Shown piece by piece: positions 1 through 10,095 of a stretch of DNA of 64,000 nt (its first letter is position 1; each line of letters starts with the position of its first letter). Position numbers and translations under genes: made by a program. The notes under the pieces were generated by a model. It had not been told where the DNA came from, made no database searches, and saw only the letters and a program-made list of their open reading frames with translations. Origin of the DNA: an uncultured Gemmatimonadales bacterium (GTDB taxonomy: Bacteria > Gemmatimonadota > Gemmatimonadetes > Longimicrobiales > RSA9); contig CAWFKH010000004.1 in NCBI GenBank assembly GCA_963816355.1, positions 128,001 through 192,000 on the forward strand, given 5' to 3'.

Positions 1-103
1 CGAAGCATTGCGAATTGCCACTTCCGAGCTGATATGGCGCGGAATAACCGAGACGGGAAGCCGCCCGGTCCAACTCCACGTATAGCTTCTCCCAAGGCCT
101 CAT
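1..103 (-). CDS. Partial hypothetical protein running off the left edge (possible gene-cassette ORF)
   Basis: ATG at 103 on the minus strand, open to position 1 (MRPWEKLYVELDRAASRLGYSAPYQLGSGNSQCF...); visibly lower GC than the rest of the window; starts ~25 bp after a GTTAGCC site. Confidence 0.35.
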   Translation of the reverse strand, partial: MRPWEKLYVELDRAASRLGYSAPYQLGSGNSQCF

Positions 104-124
104 TTGGGCCACCCGCTGTCGAGT

Positions 125-152
125 ATGGCGGCTAACTGCTTGTCTCCGTAAC
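125..152 (-). other. Putative recombination site (attI/attC-like GTT core)
   Basis: Minus strand reads GTTACGGAGACAAGCAGTTAGCCGCCAT, with GTTAGCC at 136-130; lies between the integrase stop and a lower-GC ORF. Confidence 0.35.
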
Positions 153-229
153 GGCGTTTCGCTTCTCTGCACCCCCGCGGCCGATCTGCGAACGCACGTT
201 TCGCATTACTGCACACGGATCCAGTGGCG

Positions 230-805
230 TCAAGGCTCGCGGAGGAGCGTGTCCAGCGGACTTTCGATGCGGGAGAGCGCAGGGCGCGTGACGTGGGTGT
301 AGATCTCGGTGGTTCGTGAGCTGCTGTGGCCCAGCAGCGCCTGGATGTAGCGCAGGTCGGTGCCCGCCTCGAGGAGGTGGGTCGCGAAGCTGTGGCGCAG
401 GGCGTGGGTGGAGAAGCGGCGCGAGATCCCGGCGCTGCGGCGGGCTTTCTCCACGATCTTCTGTACCGATCGTGTGGTCAGGTGGCGGCCGGAGCGGCCG
501 CCGGGGAAGAGCCACTCGCGGGGCCGTTCGAGGGACGCGTAGGCGCGCAGCACCTTCAGCGCTGCGGGAGAGAGCAGCGTGATGCGATCCTTCCGTCCCT
601 TGGCCTGTCGCACGTGGAGCAGCCGTCGCTCCACGTCGACGTCCTCGACGCGCAGCCGCACCACCTCGGAGACGCGCAGTCCGGAGGAGTACACGAGCAT
701 GAGGAGCGCGCGGTGCTTCAGGTTGCGCGGCGCGCGGATCAGGGGCCGCACCTCCGCCTGCGACAGCACGGTCGGCGGGCGGCGCTCCCTGCGGGGCCGA
801 GGCAC
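230..805 (-). CDS. Tyrosine recombinase/integrase, catalytic domain only
   Basis: GLRVSE (R), QAKGRKDR (K), HALRHSFATHLL (HxxR), LLGH, TTEIYTH (Y) all present; GTG start after GAGAGGA; in-frame stop at 896-898 leaves no room for an N-terminal SAM-like domain. Confidence 0.9.
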   Translation of the reverse strand: MPRPRRERRPPTVLSQAEVRPLIRAPRNLKHRALLMLVYSSGLRVSEVVRLRVEDVDVERRLLHVRQAKGRKDRITLLSPAALKVLRAYASLERPREWLFPGGRSGRHLTTRSVQKIVEKARRSAGISRRFSTHALRHSFATHLLEAGTDLRYIQALLGHSSSRTTEIYTHVTRPALSRIESPLDTLLREP

Positions 806-979
806 TTCTTCCTCTCGACGCCGCGAGGCCGAGCGTCCGCCGCAGCAGCCGCAGCGCCCCGGGCGTCCCCGGCCGTCGCGCCGCCGCCGCTCGCCTCACT
901 CGACCCGCGGCCGCCTTCGGGGTAGATTACGCGCGGGAAAAATCGCAGTCCCGGAGTGAGCCGGTACGTGGAGCACGAC

Positions 980-3235
980 ATGGCGACGAAGCAGACGGGC
1001 GGGAAGCGGGCGAAGCGGGCGCAGGACGGGTCGGGCGGCAACGGCGCGGCCGGCGGCGCGAGCGGCCAGGCCACCAGCGCGAGCGGCCAGGCCACCGGCG
1101 CGAACCGCGAGGCCACCGGCGCGAACCGCGAGGCCACCGGCGGCTCGGCCCTTGACGGCGACGCGCTCCTCGCCTTCTACCGCACGATGGTGACGGCGCG
1201 GCGGACGGACGACAAGGAGATCGGGCTGAAGAGCCAGAACAAGATCTTCTTCCAGATCTCGGGGGCGGGGCACGAGGCGGTGCAGGTGGCGCTGGCGTCG
1301 CACCTGCGGCCGGGCTCCGACTGGGCGTACCTGTACTACCGGGACCGCGCGCTGGCGACGGCGCTGGGGCTGACGCCGTATGAGCAGTTCCTGGAGGCGG
1401 TGGGGGCGGAGAGCGACCCGGCGAGCGGCGGCCGTCAGATGCCGGCGCACTGGGGCAAGCGCGAGATCCGCCTCGTCAGCACCTCCTCGCCGACGGGGAC
1501 GCAGTTCCTGCAGGGTGTGGGGTGTGCGGAGGCCGGGTGGCGGGCGGCGCAGGTCGCGTCGATGCGGGAGGCGATCGAGGCGTTCGAGGACGACGAGGTC
1601 GTCGTCGTCACGAGCGGCGAGGGGCAGACGTCGGAGGGCGAGTTCTGGGAGTCGCTGAACAGCGCGTGCAACCTGAAGCTGCCGGTCGTCTACCTGATCG
1701 AGGACAACGGCTACGCGATCTCGGTGCCGGTGGAGGTGAACACGGCGGGCGGCCGGATCAGCGCGCTCGTCGCCGGCTTCCCGTCGCTGCACATCGAGGA
1801 GTTCGACGGCACGGACGTCTTCGAGAGCCACGCGGCCGCGGGCCGCGCGGTCGCGCACGCGCGCTCGCGCGAGGGGCCGGCGCTGCTGCACGCGCACGTG
1901 GTCCGGCCGTACTCGCACTCGATGTCGGACGACGAGCGCCTCTACCGTCCGGCGGCGGAGCGCGAGGCGGAGGTGGAGCGCGACCCGATCACGCGGCTGC
2001 GCGCGTACCTGCTCGAGAACGACGTCGCCGACGAGGCGACGCTCGACGCGCTGGAGAAGGAGGTCGTCGCGGAGATCCAGGAGGCGGCGGACCGCGCGCT
2101 GGAGCAGCCGCAGCCGGACGCGTCGACGGCGATGGACTTCCTGTACTCGCCGGACGCGGATCCGACGTCGTCGGCCTTCGACACGGAGGACTCGCCGGCG
2201 TTCGACGGCGGCGAGACGACGATGGTGGACCTGATCAACCGCACGCTGTCGCAGGAGATGGAGCGCGACGCGCGCATCGTCGTCTTCGGCGAGGACGTGG
2301 CGGACGTGAGCCGGGAGGCGGCGCTGGAGGAGGTGAAGGGGAAGGGCGGCGTCTTCAAGTGCACGTGGGGGCTGCAGCGGCGCCACGGCGGCGTGCGCGT
2401 GTTCAACTCGCCGCTGGCGGAGGCGAACATCGTGGGGCGCGCGATCGGCATGGCGACGCGCGGGCTCAAGCCGGTGGTCGAGATCCAGTTCTTCGACTAC
2501 ATCTGGCCGGCGTTCATGCAGCTGCGCAACGAGCTGGCGACGATGCGCTACCGCTCCGGCGGCCACTGGGACGCTCCGGTCGTGGTGCGCGTCGCGTACG
2601 GCGGCTACCTCAAGGGGGGCGCGATCTACCACTCGCAGACCGGCGAGACGCTCTTCACGCACACGCCCGGGCTGCGCGTCGTGCTGCCGGCGACGGCGCT
2701 CGACGCCGCGGGCCTGCTGCGCACCGCGATCCGCGCCGACGATCCGGTCCTCTTCCTCGAGCACAAGCACCTCTACCGGCAGGTCTACAACAAGAGCCGC
2801 TATCCGGGCGACGACTTCATGATCCCGTTCGGCAAGGCGAGCGTGGTGCGCGAGGGGAGCGACCTCACCGTCGTCGCGTGCGGCGCGCTGGTGAAGCGCT
2901 CGCTCGACGCCGCGAAGATGGCGGAGGCGCAGGACGGCGTGAGCGTCGAGGTGATCGACCTGCGCACGCTGAGCCCGCTCGACATGGACACGATCGCGGC
3001 GTCGGTGAAGAAGACGAACAAGGTGGTGGTCGCCTACGAGGACGCGCTGTCCTGGGGGATCGGCTCGGAGATCGCCGCGCGCATCGCCGACGACACGTTC
3101 GAGTGGCTCGACGGCCCGGTGCGGCGCGTGGCGTCGCTCGACACGTGGGTTGCGTACGCGCCGACGCTGGAGGAGGCGATTTTGCCGCAGGTGGGGGATG
3201 TGTATGGGGCGATTCGGGAGTTGGCTGCGTACTAG
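980..3235 (+). CDS. 2-oxoacid (probably 2-oxoisovalerate) dehydrogenase E1, fused alpha/beta subunit
   Basis: TPP motif GEG..SEG..WESLN, HSMSDD, beta-part motifs [29 protein letters not shown] at 980 preceded by GGAG. Confidence 0.92.
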   Translation: MATKQTGGKRAKRAQDGSGGNGAAGGASGQATSASGQATGANREATGANREATGGSALDGDALLAFYRTMVTARRTDDKEIGLKSQNKIFFQISGAGHEAVQVALASHLRPGSDWAYLYYRDRALATALGLTPYEQFLEAVGAESDPASGGRQMPAHWGKREIRLVSTSSPTGTQFLQGVGCAEAGWRAAQVASMREAIEAFEDDEVVVVTSGEGQTSEGEFWESLNSACNLKLPVVYLIEDNGYAISVPVEVNTAGGRISALVAGFPSLHIEEFDGTDVFESHAAAGRAVAHARSREGPALLHAHVVRPYSHSMSDDERLYRPAAEREAEVERDPITRLRAYLLENDVADEATLDALEKEVVAEIQEAADRALEQPQPDASTAMDFLYSPDADPTSSAFDTEDSPAFDGGETTMVDLINRTLSQEMERDARIVVFGEDVADVSREAALEEVKGKGGVFKCTWGLQRRHGGVRVFNSPLAEANIVGRAIGMATRGLKPVVEIQFFDYIWPAFMQLRNELATMRYRSGGHWDAPVVVRVAYGGYLKGGAIYHSQTGETLFTHTPGLRVVLPATALDAAGLLRTAIRADDPVLFLEHKHLYRQVYNKSRYPGDDFMIPFGKASVVREGSDLTVVACGALVKRSLDAAKMAEAQDGVSVEVIDLRTLSPLDMDTIAASVKKTNKVVVAYEDALSWGIGSEIAARIADDTFEWLDGPVRRVASLDTWVAYAPTLEEAILPQVGDVYGAIRELAAY
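1055..1138 (+). repeat. 4 x 21-bp coding tandem repeat in E1 N-terminal linker
   Basis: (g/a)gcgcgagcggccaggccacc x2 then ggcgcgaaccgcgaggccacc x2. Confidence 0.85.
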
Positions 3236-3270
3236 GCGGGTGGGTTGCCGGGGCGCGTGGGCGCTGGCTG

Positions 3271-3374
3271 TCGGTCTGGGGTCTGGGGAGGGGGTCTGCG
3301 GGGGGGTCGGGGGTATGGGGGTCGGGGGGCTCGCGCTGCGCGCTTCGCGTCGCGCTCCCGCTTCGCGGATCGCG
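3271..3374 (+). repeat. Left arm of ~104-bp inverted repeat (G-rich, GGGGTCT-containing)
   Basis: Matches the reverse complement of 3964-4067 with about 5 differences by manual alignment. Confidence 0.9.
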
Positions 3375-3431
3375 GGGGGGCTCCCGCTTCGCGGATCGCG
3401 GGGGGGGCTCCCGCTCGCGGATCGCGGGGGG
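3354..3431 (+). repeat. 3 x ~26-bp tandem repeat gctcccgcttcgcggatcgcgggggg
   Basis: Seen directly; amplifies the inner end of the left arm and ends at the four-helix-bundle stop codon. Confidence 0.85.
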
Positions 3432-3782
3432 TCATTGGGGCTTTGTCAGGCTCGTCAGCATCGCTAACAGGCGGTCGAGGAGGGCCTCGCCGGGGCGGGT
3501 TGCGGGGTGCGGGACGAGTTGGAGGCGGTGGATGAGGCGGTAGATCGCGAGGCACTCGGTGCCGGAGCGGCGGGCGATGCGGTAGAAGCGGCGCTTTTCG
3601 CGCGGCAGGAACTCGCCGGCGCCCTCGCTGATGTTGAGCACCACCGACTGCGAGGCGCCACGGAGCTGGGCCGCGAGCCGGTACTGCGCCGCCGGCAGCC
3701 GCGCGGCCACGAGCTCCGCCTGCTCCGCGAAGTCCAGCGCCACCCGGAAGACGAGCAGCTTCTCCGGTTCGAATCCAGCCAT
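3432..3782 (-). CDS. Four helix bundle protein (23S rRNA IVP / bAvd-like family)
   Basis: MAGFEPEKLLVFRVAL...QLRGASQSVVLNISEGAG...KRRFYRIARRSGTEC matches the family pattern F.L.V...QL.RA..SV..NIAEG...F..IARGS..E; 116 aa. Confidence 0.88.
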   Translation of the reverse strand: MAGFEPEKLLVFRVALDFAEQAELVAARLPAAQYRLAAQLRGASQSVVLNISEGAGEFLPREKRRFYRIARRSGTECLAIYRLIHRLQLVPHPATRPGEALLDRLLAMLTSLTKPQ

Positions 3783-3855
3783 ACCCCACCCTGCACCGCC
3801 CGACCGGGCACTTCCATAGCCAGATGCCTCCCGCAATCCCCAAGCAGTGCCCCGG

Positions 3856-3953
3856 TAGCCCGGACGCCCCAAGCAGCCCGGACGCCCCGCGTAGCCCGGA
3901 AGCCCCAAGCAGCCCGGACGCCCCGCGTAGCCCGGACGCCCCAAGCAGCCCGT
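3856..3953 (+). repeat. 18/36-bp tandem repeat (tagcccggacgccccaag / cagcccggacgccccgcg)
   Basis: About 5.5 alternating 18-bp units upstream of the four-helix-bundle gene; no spacers. Confidence 0.85.
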
Positions 3954-3963
3954 AGCCCGGAAG

Positions 3964-4067
3964 CGCGATCCGCGCAGCGGGAGCGCGACGCGAAGCGCGC
4001 AGCGCGAGCCCCCCAGACCCCCGTACCCCCGACCCCCCGCAGACCCCCTCCGCAGACCCCAGACCGA
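3964..4067 (-). repeat. Right arm of ~104-bp inverted repeat
   Basis: Reverse complement of 3271-3374. Confidence 0.9.
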
Positions 4068-4078
4068 TCTCCTCCCAC

Positions 4079-5455
<1,377 letters not shown>

Positions 5456-5495
5456 GATCTCCCTCCCCTGCCGGAACAAAGACCCAGTCCCCGAG

Positions 5496-5660
5496 CCAGA
5501 CCCCAGCCCCCAGACCCCAGACCCCAGACCCCAGACCCGCCGAGCGCAGCGAAGGCCCCCCAGACCCCAGACCCCAGACCCGCCGAGCGCAGCGAAGGCG
5601 CCCCCCAGACCCCGTACCCCCGACCCCCCGCAGACCACCTCCGCAGACCCCAGACCGATC
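5496..5660 (-). repeat. Solo copy of the dispersed repeat arm plus CCCCAGA heptamer arrays
   Basis: 5601-5660 is nearly identical to ~4009-4069; preceded by (ccccaga)n and two copies of cgccgagcgcagcgaaggc. Confidence 0.88.
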
Positions 5661-5729
5661 CGGACCCGCCCTCGCATCGACTCACCCGCCCCCCTGGCCA
5701 CCTCCCACTTCCTTTCCCTACCTTCCCCG

Positions 5730-6824
5730 ATGCTCTCGACCCTGCGCTTCCTGCGACACTACCTGCGGCCGTCGCCCGCCGCCGTCGAGCGCGAGGAGGC
5801 GGGCTACCGGCGCGAGGGCGAGATGCTCGAGGCGACGGTCTTCCGGCCCGCGCGCTCCGCCGGCCCCTTCCCCGGCTGGGTCCTGCTCCACGGCCTGACC
5901 TACACCGGCCGCGAGCACCCCTCGCTCGTGCGCTTCGCCCGCGGCCTCGCCGCCGCGGGGTTCCTCGTCTTCGTGCCGGACATCCCGGAGTGGCGGGCGC
6001 TGCGCATGGCGCCCGAGATCTCGGTCGAGACGATCAAGGCGGCGCTCCGCGCGCTCGCCGGCCGGCGCGACGTGGTGCGCGGCCGCACCGGCGTGATCGG
6101 CTTCTCCTTCGGCGCCACGCAGGCGCTCGTCGCCTCGACCGATCCCGACCTGAGGGACGATTTCGCCGGCATCGCCGCGTGGGGCGGCTACTTCGACGTC
6201 GAGCGCCTCTTCCGCTTCGCCGTCACCGGCGAGCACGACCTGGATGGGCACCGCTACCAGGTAGCGCCGGACCCCTACGGCCGCTGGGTGGTCGGCTCGA
6301 CGTACCTCACGGCGCTTCCCGGCCACGAGAATGACGACGACGTCGCCGCCGCGCTGCTCGCGCTCGCCGAGGAAGCCGGCAAGCGCCAGGTCTACGCCGG
6401 CGAGGCGGTCTACGACGACGCCAAGCGCCGCCTGCGCGCGCGACTGCCCGCCGGGAAGCACCACACTTTCGACCTCTTCGCCGCGCCGGCGGGGGAAGAG
6501 CCGCCGGCCGCCGAGCGCGAGGAGCTGGCCGCGCGCCTCGCCGCCGTCGCGCACGCGCGTGATCCCATGATCGACCCCGCGCCCTATTTGCCGCGCGTCA
6601 CCGTCCCGACGGTGGTCGCCCACGCCCGCGACGACCGCCTCATCCCGTTCACGGAGGGCCTACGCCTGTGCCGCGCCCTGCCACCCGCGACCGTCGTCGA
6701 TTGTCAGGTCCTGAAGCTGTTCAGCCACTCCGGCGGCGCCCACGAAAGCCTCGGCCCCGCCGGCCTAGTCCGCGAAACCCTCCGTTTCGCCCACCTCCTG
6801 AACCGCATCCTCTCCCTCCTCTGA
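5730..6824 (+). CDS. Alpha/beta hydrolase fold protein
   Basis: VLLHG, GVIGFSFGA nucleophile elbow, VAHARDDRLIP, LFSH. Confidence 0.75.
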   Translation: MLSTLRFLRHYLRPSPAAVEREEAGYRREGEMLEATVFRPARSAGPFPGWVLLHGLTYTGREHPSLVRFARGLAAAGFLVFVPDIPEWRALRMAPEISVETIKAALRALAGRRDVVRGRTGVIGFSFGATQALVASTDPDLRDDFAGIAAWGGYFDVERLFRFAVTGEHDLDGHRYQVAPDPYGRWVVGSTYLTALPGHENDDDVAAALLALAEEAGKRQVYAGEAVYDDAKRRLRARLPAGKHHTFDLFAAPAGEEPPAAEREELAARLAAVAHARDPMIDPAPYLPRVTVPTVVAHARDDRLIPFTEGLRLCRALPPATVVDCQVLKLFSHSGGAHESLGPAGLVRETLRFAHLLNRILSLL

Positions 6825-6847
6825 CCCCCCCGTCCAACCCGCAGTCA

Positions 6848-6951
6848 AATCCCGCAGTTGAATCCCGCAGTTGAATCCCGCAGTCCAATCCCGCAGTCCA
6901 ATCCCGCAGTTGAATCCCGCAGTTGAATCCCGCAGTTGAATCCCGCAGTCC
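6848..6951. repeat. 8 x 13-bp tandem repeat AATCCCGCAG(TTG/TCC)
   Basis: Eight contiguous units plus a degenerate unit at 6836-6847, filling the gap between convergent genes. Confidence 0.95.
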
Positions 6952-6956
6952 AGCAT

Positions 6957-8402
6957 TCACCCATTCACCACCGCCCTTCTGTTCTTCCCCGTCGCCGCCC
7001 CCTGCTCCTTCCGCCGCATCTGCTCGATCGACGGCACCAGCAGCTCCAACAGCCCGCGCGCCGCCGCCGGCTCCGCCGCATCGCCCAGGCCGCCGCCGAC
7101 CGCCGCGAGCGGCAGGATCGCCTGCGCCATCGTCGCGTGGCCGCCGCCGCTGCCGCGCTCCGCGACGACGCGGCGTGCGAGCTCGCCCGCCCCCGGATCC
7201 GGTCCCGAGTGGCGGATCTTGATCACCAGCTCTTCGCCGACCTGCGCGGCGGCGGCGGACCAGCGCACGCCCTCCATGCCGAGCAGGAAGTCGGCGAGAT
7301 TGGCGAGGATGTGGACCTCGTCGGGGGAGTCGACGTCCATGACCGCGACGACGGTGTCGGCGTCGGCGGCGGCGTGGAGCAGCGCCAGGCCGTAGCTGCG
7401 CAGGCTCTCCTTCCTGAAGCCCGGGCGCTCGATGCGGTGGAGGAGCGCGGCGTCGGCGCGCTCCTGGAGGAAGGCGTAGGCGACGACGTCGGCCGCGGTG
7501 GCGCCGCGGCTGAGCGCGTTCGTGTCCGTCTTGATGCCGTAGAGCAGCGCGGTCGCGAGGCGCGTGCGGATGCGGCGCTCGTCGTCCACGCGCAGGTACT
7601 CGGTCAGCATCGTGGCGGTGGCGCCGTAGTCGGGCCGGATGTCGGCGAGCAGCGCGCGGTAGCCGGTCGCGGGCGGGTGGTGGTCGATGACGGCGAAGGC
7701 GGGGCCGTCGTCGCCGCCGTCGAGCGCGTACGGCTGCGTGTCGACGGTCACGATGCGGGCGAACGCGCGCAGCTCCGACTCCTGCACCGTCGTCACCTGC
7801 ACGCGCAGCAGCTCCGCCATGCGGCGGTTCTCGGGGCGGGTCACCTCGCCCAGCGAGATGATCGGCGCCGAGGATGCGGTGCGGCGCAGCAGCGCGCGCA
7901 CGGCGAGCGCGCTCGCCATGCCGTCCGGGTCGGGGTCCGGCTGCACGAGGATCGGCAGCGTCTCGACGCCGCGCGCGAAGCGCTTGAGGCGGTGGACGCG
8001 CCGCTCCGTCTCGAGGCGGCGGATCTCCTGCTCCAGGTCCACCTTCACGAACTGCGGCCAGGGCAGGCATTTCGCGGCGGTGCGGCGCGGCATGCGCGGC
8101 CGCCGCGCGTCGCCGCAGATCGCCAGGATCGCGGCCTCGCGGTTGAGCCGCACGATGCGGTGCGCGGCGGTCGAGACGACGCGGCGCTCCGCGAAGTCGA
8201 GGACCGCCACGAGGTCCGGCGCGTCCTGCGCGAGCCGGCGGTACGTGGCCGCGTCGCACGGATCCCCGCGGAACGCGTGCGCCTCGTCCACGGCCGCCGG
8301 CCGCTCCGCGCCGGCGGGCAGCCAGTAGTGGACGTCGCAGCCCGGCAGCTCGACGCTCGCGAACAGCTCGGGTCGCTCGCTGACGATCAGGATTCTCGGC
8401 AT
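6957..8402 (-). CDS. DHH/DHHA1 family phosphoesterase with extra N-terminal domain
   Basis: PDPDPDG, VTVDT, VIDHH, YGATAT, GIKTDT, GGGH motifs; ATG at 8402. Confidence 0.85.
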   Translation of the reverse strand: MPRILIVSERPELFASVELPGCDVHYWLPAGAERPAAVDEAHAFRGDPCDAATYRRLAQDAPDLVAVLDFAERRVVSTAAHRIVRLNREAAILAICGDARRPRMPRRTAAKCLPWPQFVKVDLEQEIRRLETERRVHRLKRFARGVETLPILVQPDPDPDGMASALAVRALLRRTASSAPIISLGEVTRPENRRMAELLRVQVTTVQESELRAFARIVTVDTQPYALDGGDDGPAFAVIDHHPPATGYRALLADIRPDYGATATMLTEYLRVDDERRIRTRLATALLYGIKTDTNALSRGATAADVVAYAFLQERADAALLHRIERPGFRKESLRSYGLALLHAAADADTVVAVMDVDSPDEVHILANLADFLLGMEGVRWSAAAAQVGEELVIKIRHSGPDPGAGELARRVVAERGSGGGHATMAQAILPLAAVGGGLGDAAEPAAARGLLELLVPSIEQMRRKEQGAATGKNRRAVVNG

Positions 8403-8591
8403 CGCGGTCGCCTCGTCGCGGCGGGAAGTGCCCCGCCCCGGTTGCAACGTTCGTTCCCCGCCGGCCGTCGGGCAATGCGGCGCGATCGCGCGCGGGCGCC
8501 GGCCGCGCAACACGCCGGCCGCCCTTGCCCGCGCCGCTCCGCCCGTCCAGCTTGTCGGCAACGGTGGATCTCGCGGGCCGGGAGACGACGT

Positions 8592-9110
8592 ATGCAACGC
8601 AACGCCACCCTCGTGGCGGACCTCGTCAAGGGCGCCGTCGCGGGCGCGGCGGCGACGTGGGTGATCTACGGCGCCCGGCGCGCCGGCCGCTCCCTGCCGC
8701 GCGCGCCGTGGAGCGCCGCGAACGGGGGTGCGGCGGGCGGCGGCGTGTACGGCGCCTCGTTCGGCGCCTCGTTCGGCGCCGCGCACGCCGGTCGCGCGGC
8801 CGCCGCGCCGCACCTCGGTCCGCGCGCGCGGGACGTGGTCGGCTGGGCGGTCGGGATCGGCGGCGGCGCCGTGTACGGCGTGCTGCGGCGGCGGCTGCGG
8901 CTCCCCGGCCGCGGCCGCGCAATCGGCTCCGGCCCCGGTTTCTTCCTGCTTCTCGACGAGCGCGTCGCGCCGCTGCTCGGCCTCGCCCCGGCGCCGGGGC
9001 AGCTCCCGTGGCAGACGCGCGCGCGCGGCCTCGCCGGGCACCTCCTCTACGGCGCCGTCGCGGACGCCGTCATCGGCGCGCTGGAGCGCGGTCATGGCGG
9101 ACGACGCTAG
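8592..9110 (+). CDS. Hypothetical membrane protein
   Basis: ATG after GGAG; hydrophobic segments (GAVAGAAATWVI, GHLLYGAV); overlaps the next gene. Confidence 0.6.
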   Translation: MQRNATLVADLVKGAVAGAAATWVIYGARRAGRSLPRAPWSAANGGAAGGGVYGASFGASFGAAHAGRAAAAPHLGPRARDVVGWAVGIGGGAVYGVLRRRLRLPGRGRAIGSGPGFFLLLDERVAPLLGLAPAPGQLPWQTRARGLAGHLLYGAVADAVIGALERGHGGRR

Positions 9111-10095
9111 CGCGCCGCGCGTCGTCGCGGTCGACCTCGGCGGCACGAAGCTCGCCGTGGCCGACGTCGCGGAGGACGGCACGATCCGCGCGAGCACGCG
9201 CCGCGCCACGGCGGTGATCGCGGGCCCGGACGCGGTCGTCGCGGAGATCGGCGACGCGTTCGACGCGCTGCGCGCGGAGACCGGCGTTGCGGACTACGCC
9301 GCGCTCGGCATCGGCGTCGCGGGGCAGGTGCAGCCGGGGACCGGCGTCGTGCGCTACGCGCCGAACCTCGGCTGGCACGATTTCCCGCTGCGCGCGCGCG
9401 TCGAGGCGCGCGTGGGGCTCCCCGTCACCGTGCTGAACGACGTGCAGTCGGCGGCGTACGGCGAGTCCCGGTACGGCGCGGGCAAGGGCGTCGCCGAGAT
9501 GGTCGCGATCTTCGTCGGCACCGGCGTGGGTGGCGGCGTGATCCACGACGGCTCGCTCGTGCTGGGTTGCGGCGGCAGCGCGGGCGAGGTGGGCCACATC
9601 ACGATCGACCTGGACGGCCCGGAGTGCCGGTGCGGCAACCGCGGCTGCCTGGAGTCGTTCGTCGGCGGCTGGGCGATCGCGCTGCGCGCGCGGGAAGCGG
9701 TCGCGGCGCGGCCGGCGGAGGGACGTCGCCTGCTGGAGCTGGTGGAGGGCGACGCCGATCGGCTCACCGCCGAGGCGGTCTCCACCGCGGCGATCGAAGG
9801 CGACCCGCTCGCGCTCGAGATGGTGGCGGACGTGGCGCGGCTGCTCGGCGTCGGAATCGCGACGATCGCCAATCTCTACAACCCCTGCCTGGTCGTGCTG
9901 GGCGGCGGCGTCATGGAGGGGATCCCCGGCCTGCTCGAGCGCGTCGAGAGCGCGGTGCAGGAGCGGGCGCTCCGCGCCGCCGCCGAGGGGATGCGCGTGG
10001 TGGCCGCCGGACTCGGGCCGTGGGCGGGCGTCGTCGGCGCCGCCGCCTGGGCACGCCGCAGCCTGGACGAGGACGCCGGCCTCGCCGCTCCGTGA
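9094..10095 (+). CDS. ROK family sugar kinase (glucokinase-like)
   Basis: VAVDLGGTK, LNDV..AA.GE, GTGVGGG, GEVGH, CRCGNRGCLE. Confidence 0.92.
   Translation: MADDASAPRVVAVDLGGTKLAVADVAEDGTIRASTRRATAVIAGPDAVVAEIGDAFDALRAETGVADYAALGIGVAGQVQPGTGVVRYAPNLGWHDFPLRARVEARVGLPVTVLNDVQSAAYGESRYGAGKGVAEMVAIFVGTGVGGGVIHDGSLVLGCGGSAGEVGHITIDLDGPECRCGNRGCLESFVGGWAIALRAREAVAARPAEGRRLLELVEGDADRLTAEAVSTAAIEGDPLALEMVADVARLLGVGIATIANLYNPCLVVLGGGVMEGIPGLLERVESAVQERALRAAAEGMRVVAAGLGPWAGVVGAAAWARRSLDEDAGLAAP

Noticed and set aside
230..805. Chromosomal xerC/xerD or canonical intI
   Set aside because: Lacks the N-terminal domain of XerC/D and shows no IntI-specific insertion, so no gene symbol was given.
3432..3782. 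Avd of a diversity-generating retroelement
   Set aside because: No reverse transcriptase and no TR/VR pair differing at adenines was found in the window.
3856..3953. 36-bp periodic array as a CRISPR array
   Set aside because: Units are contiguous with no unique spacers, and there are no cas genes in the window.
3271..4067. Classical IS element or 23S rRNA intervening sequence
   Set aside because: No transposase motif, no clear target-site duplication, and no rRNA sequence in the flanks.
6848..6951. 13-bp array as CRISPR or plasmid iterons
   Set aside because: Units are too short and lack spacers; no rep gene or AT-rich origin nearby.
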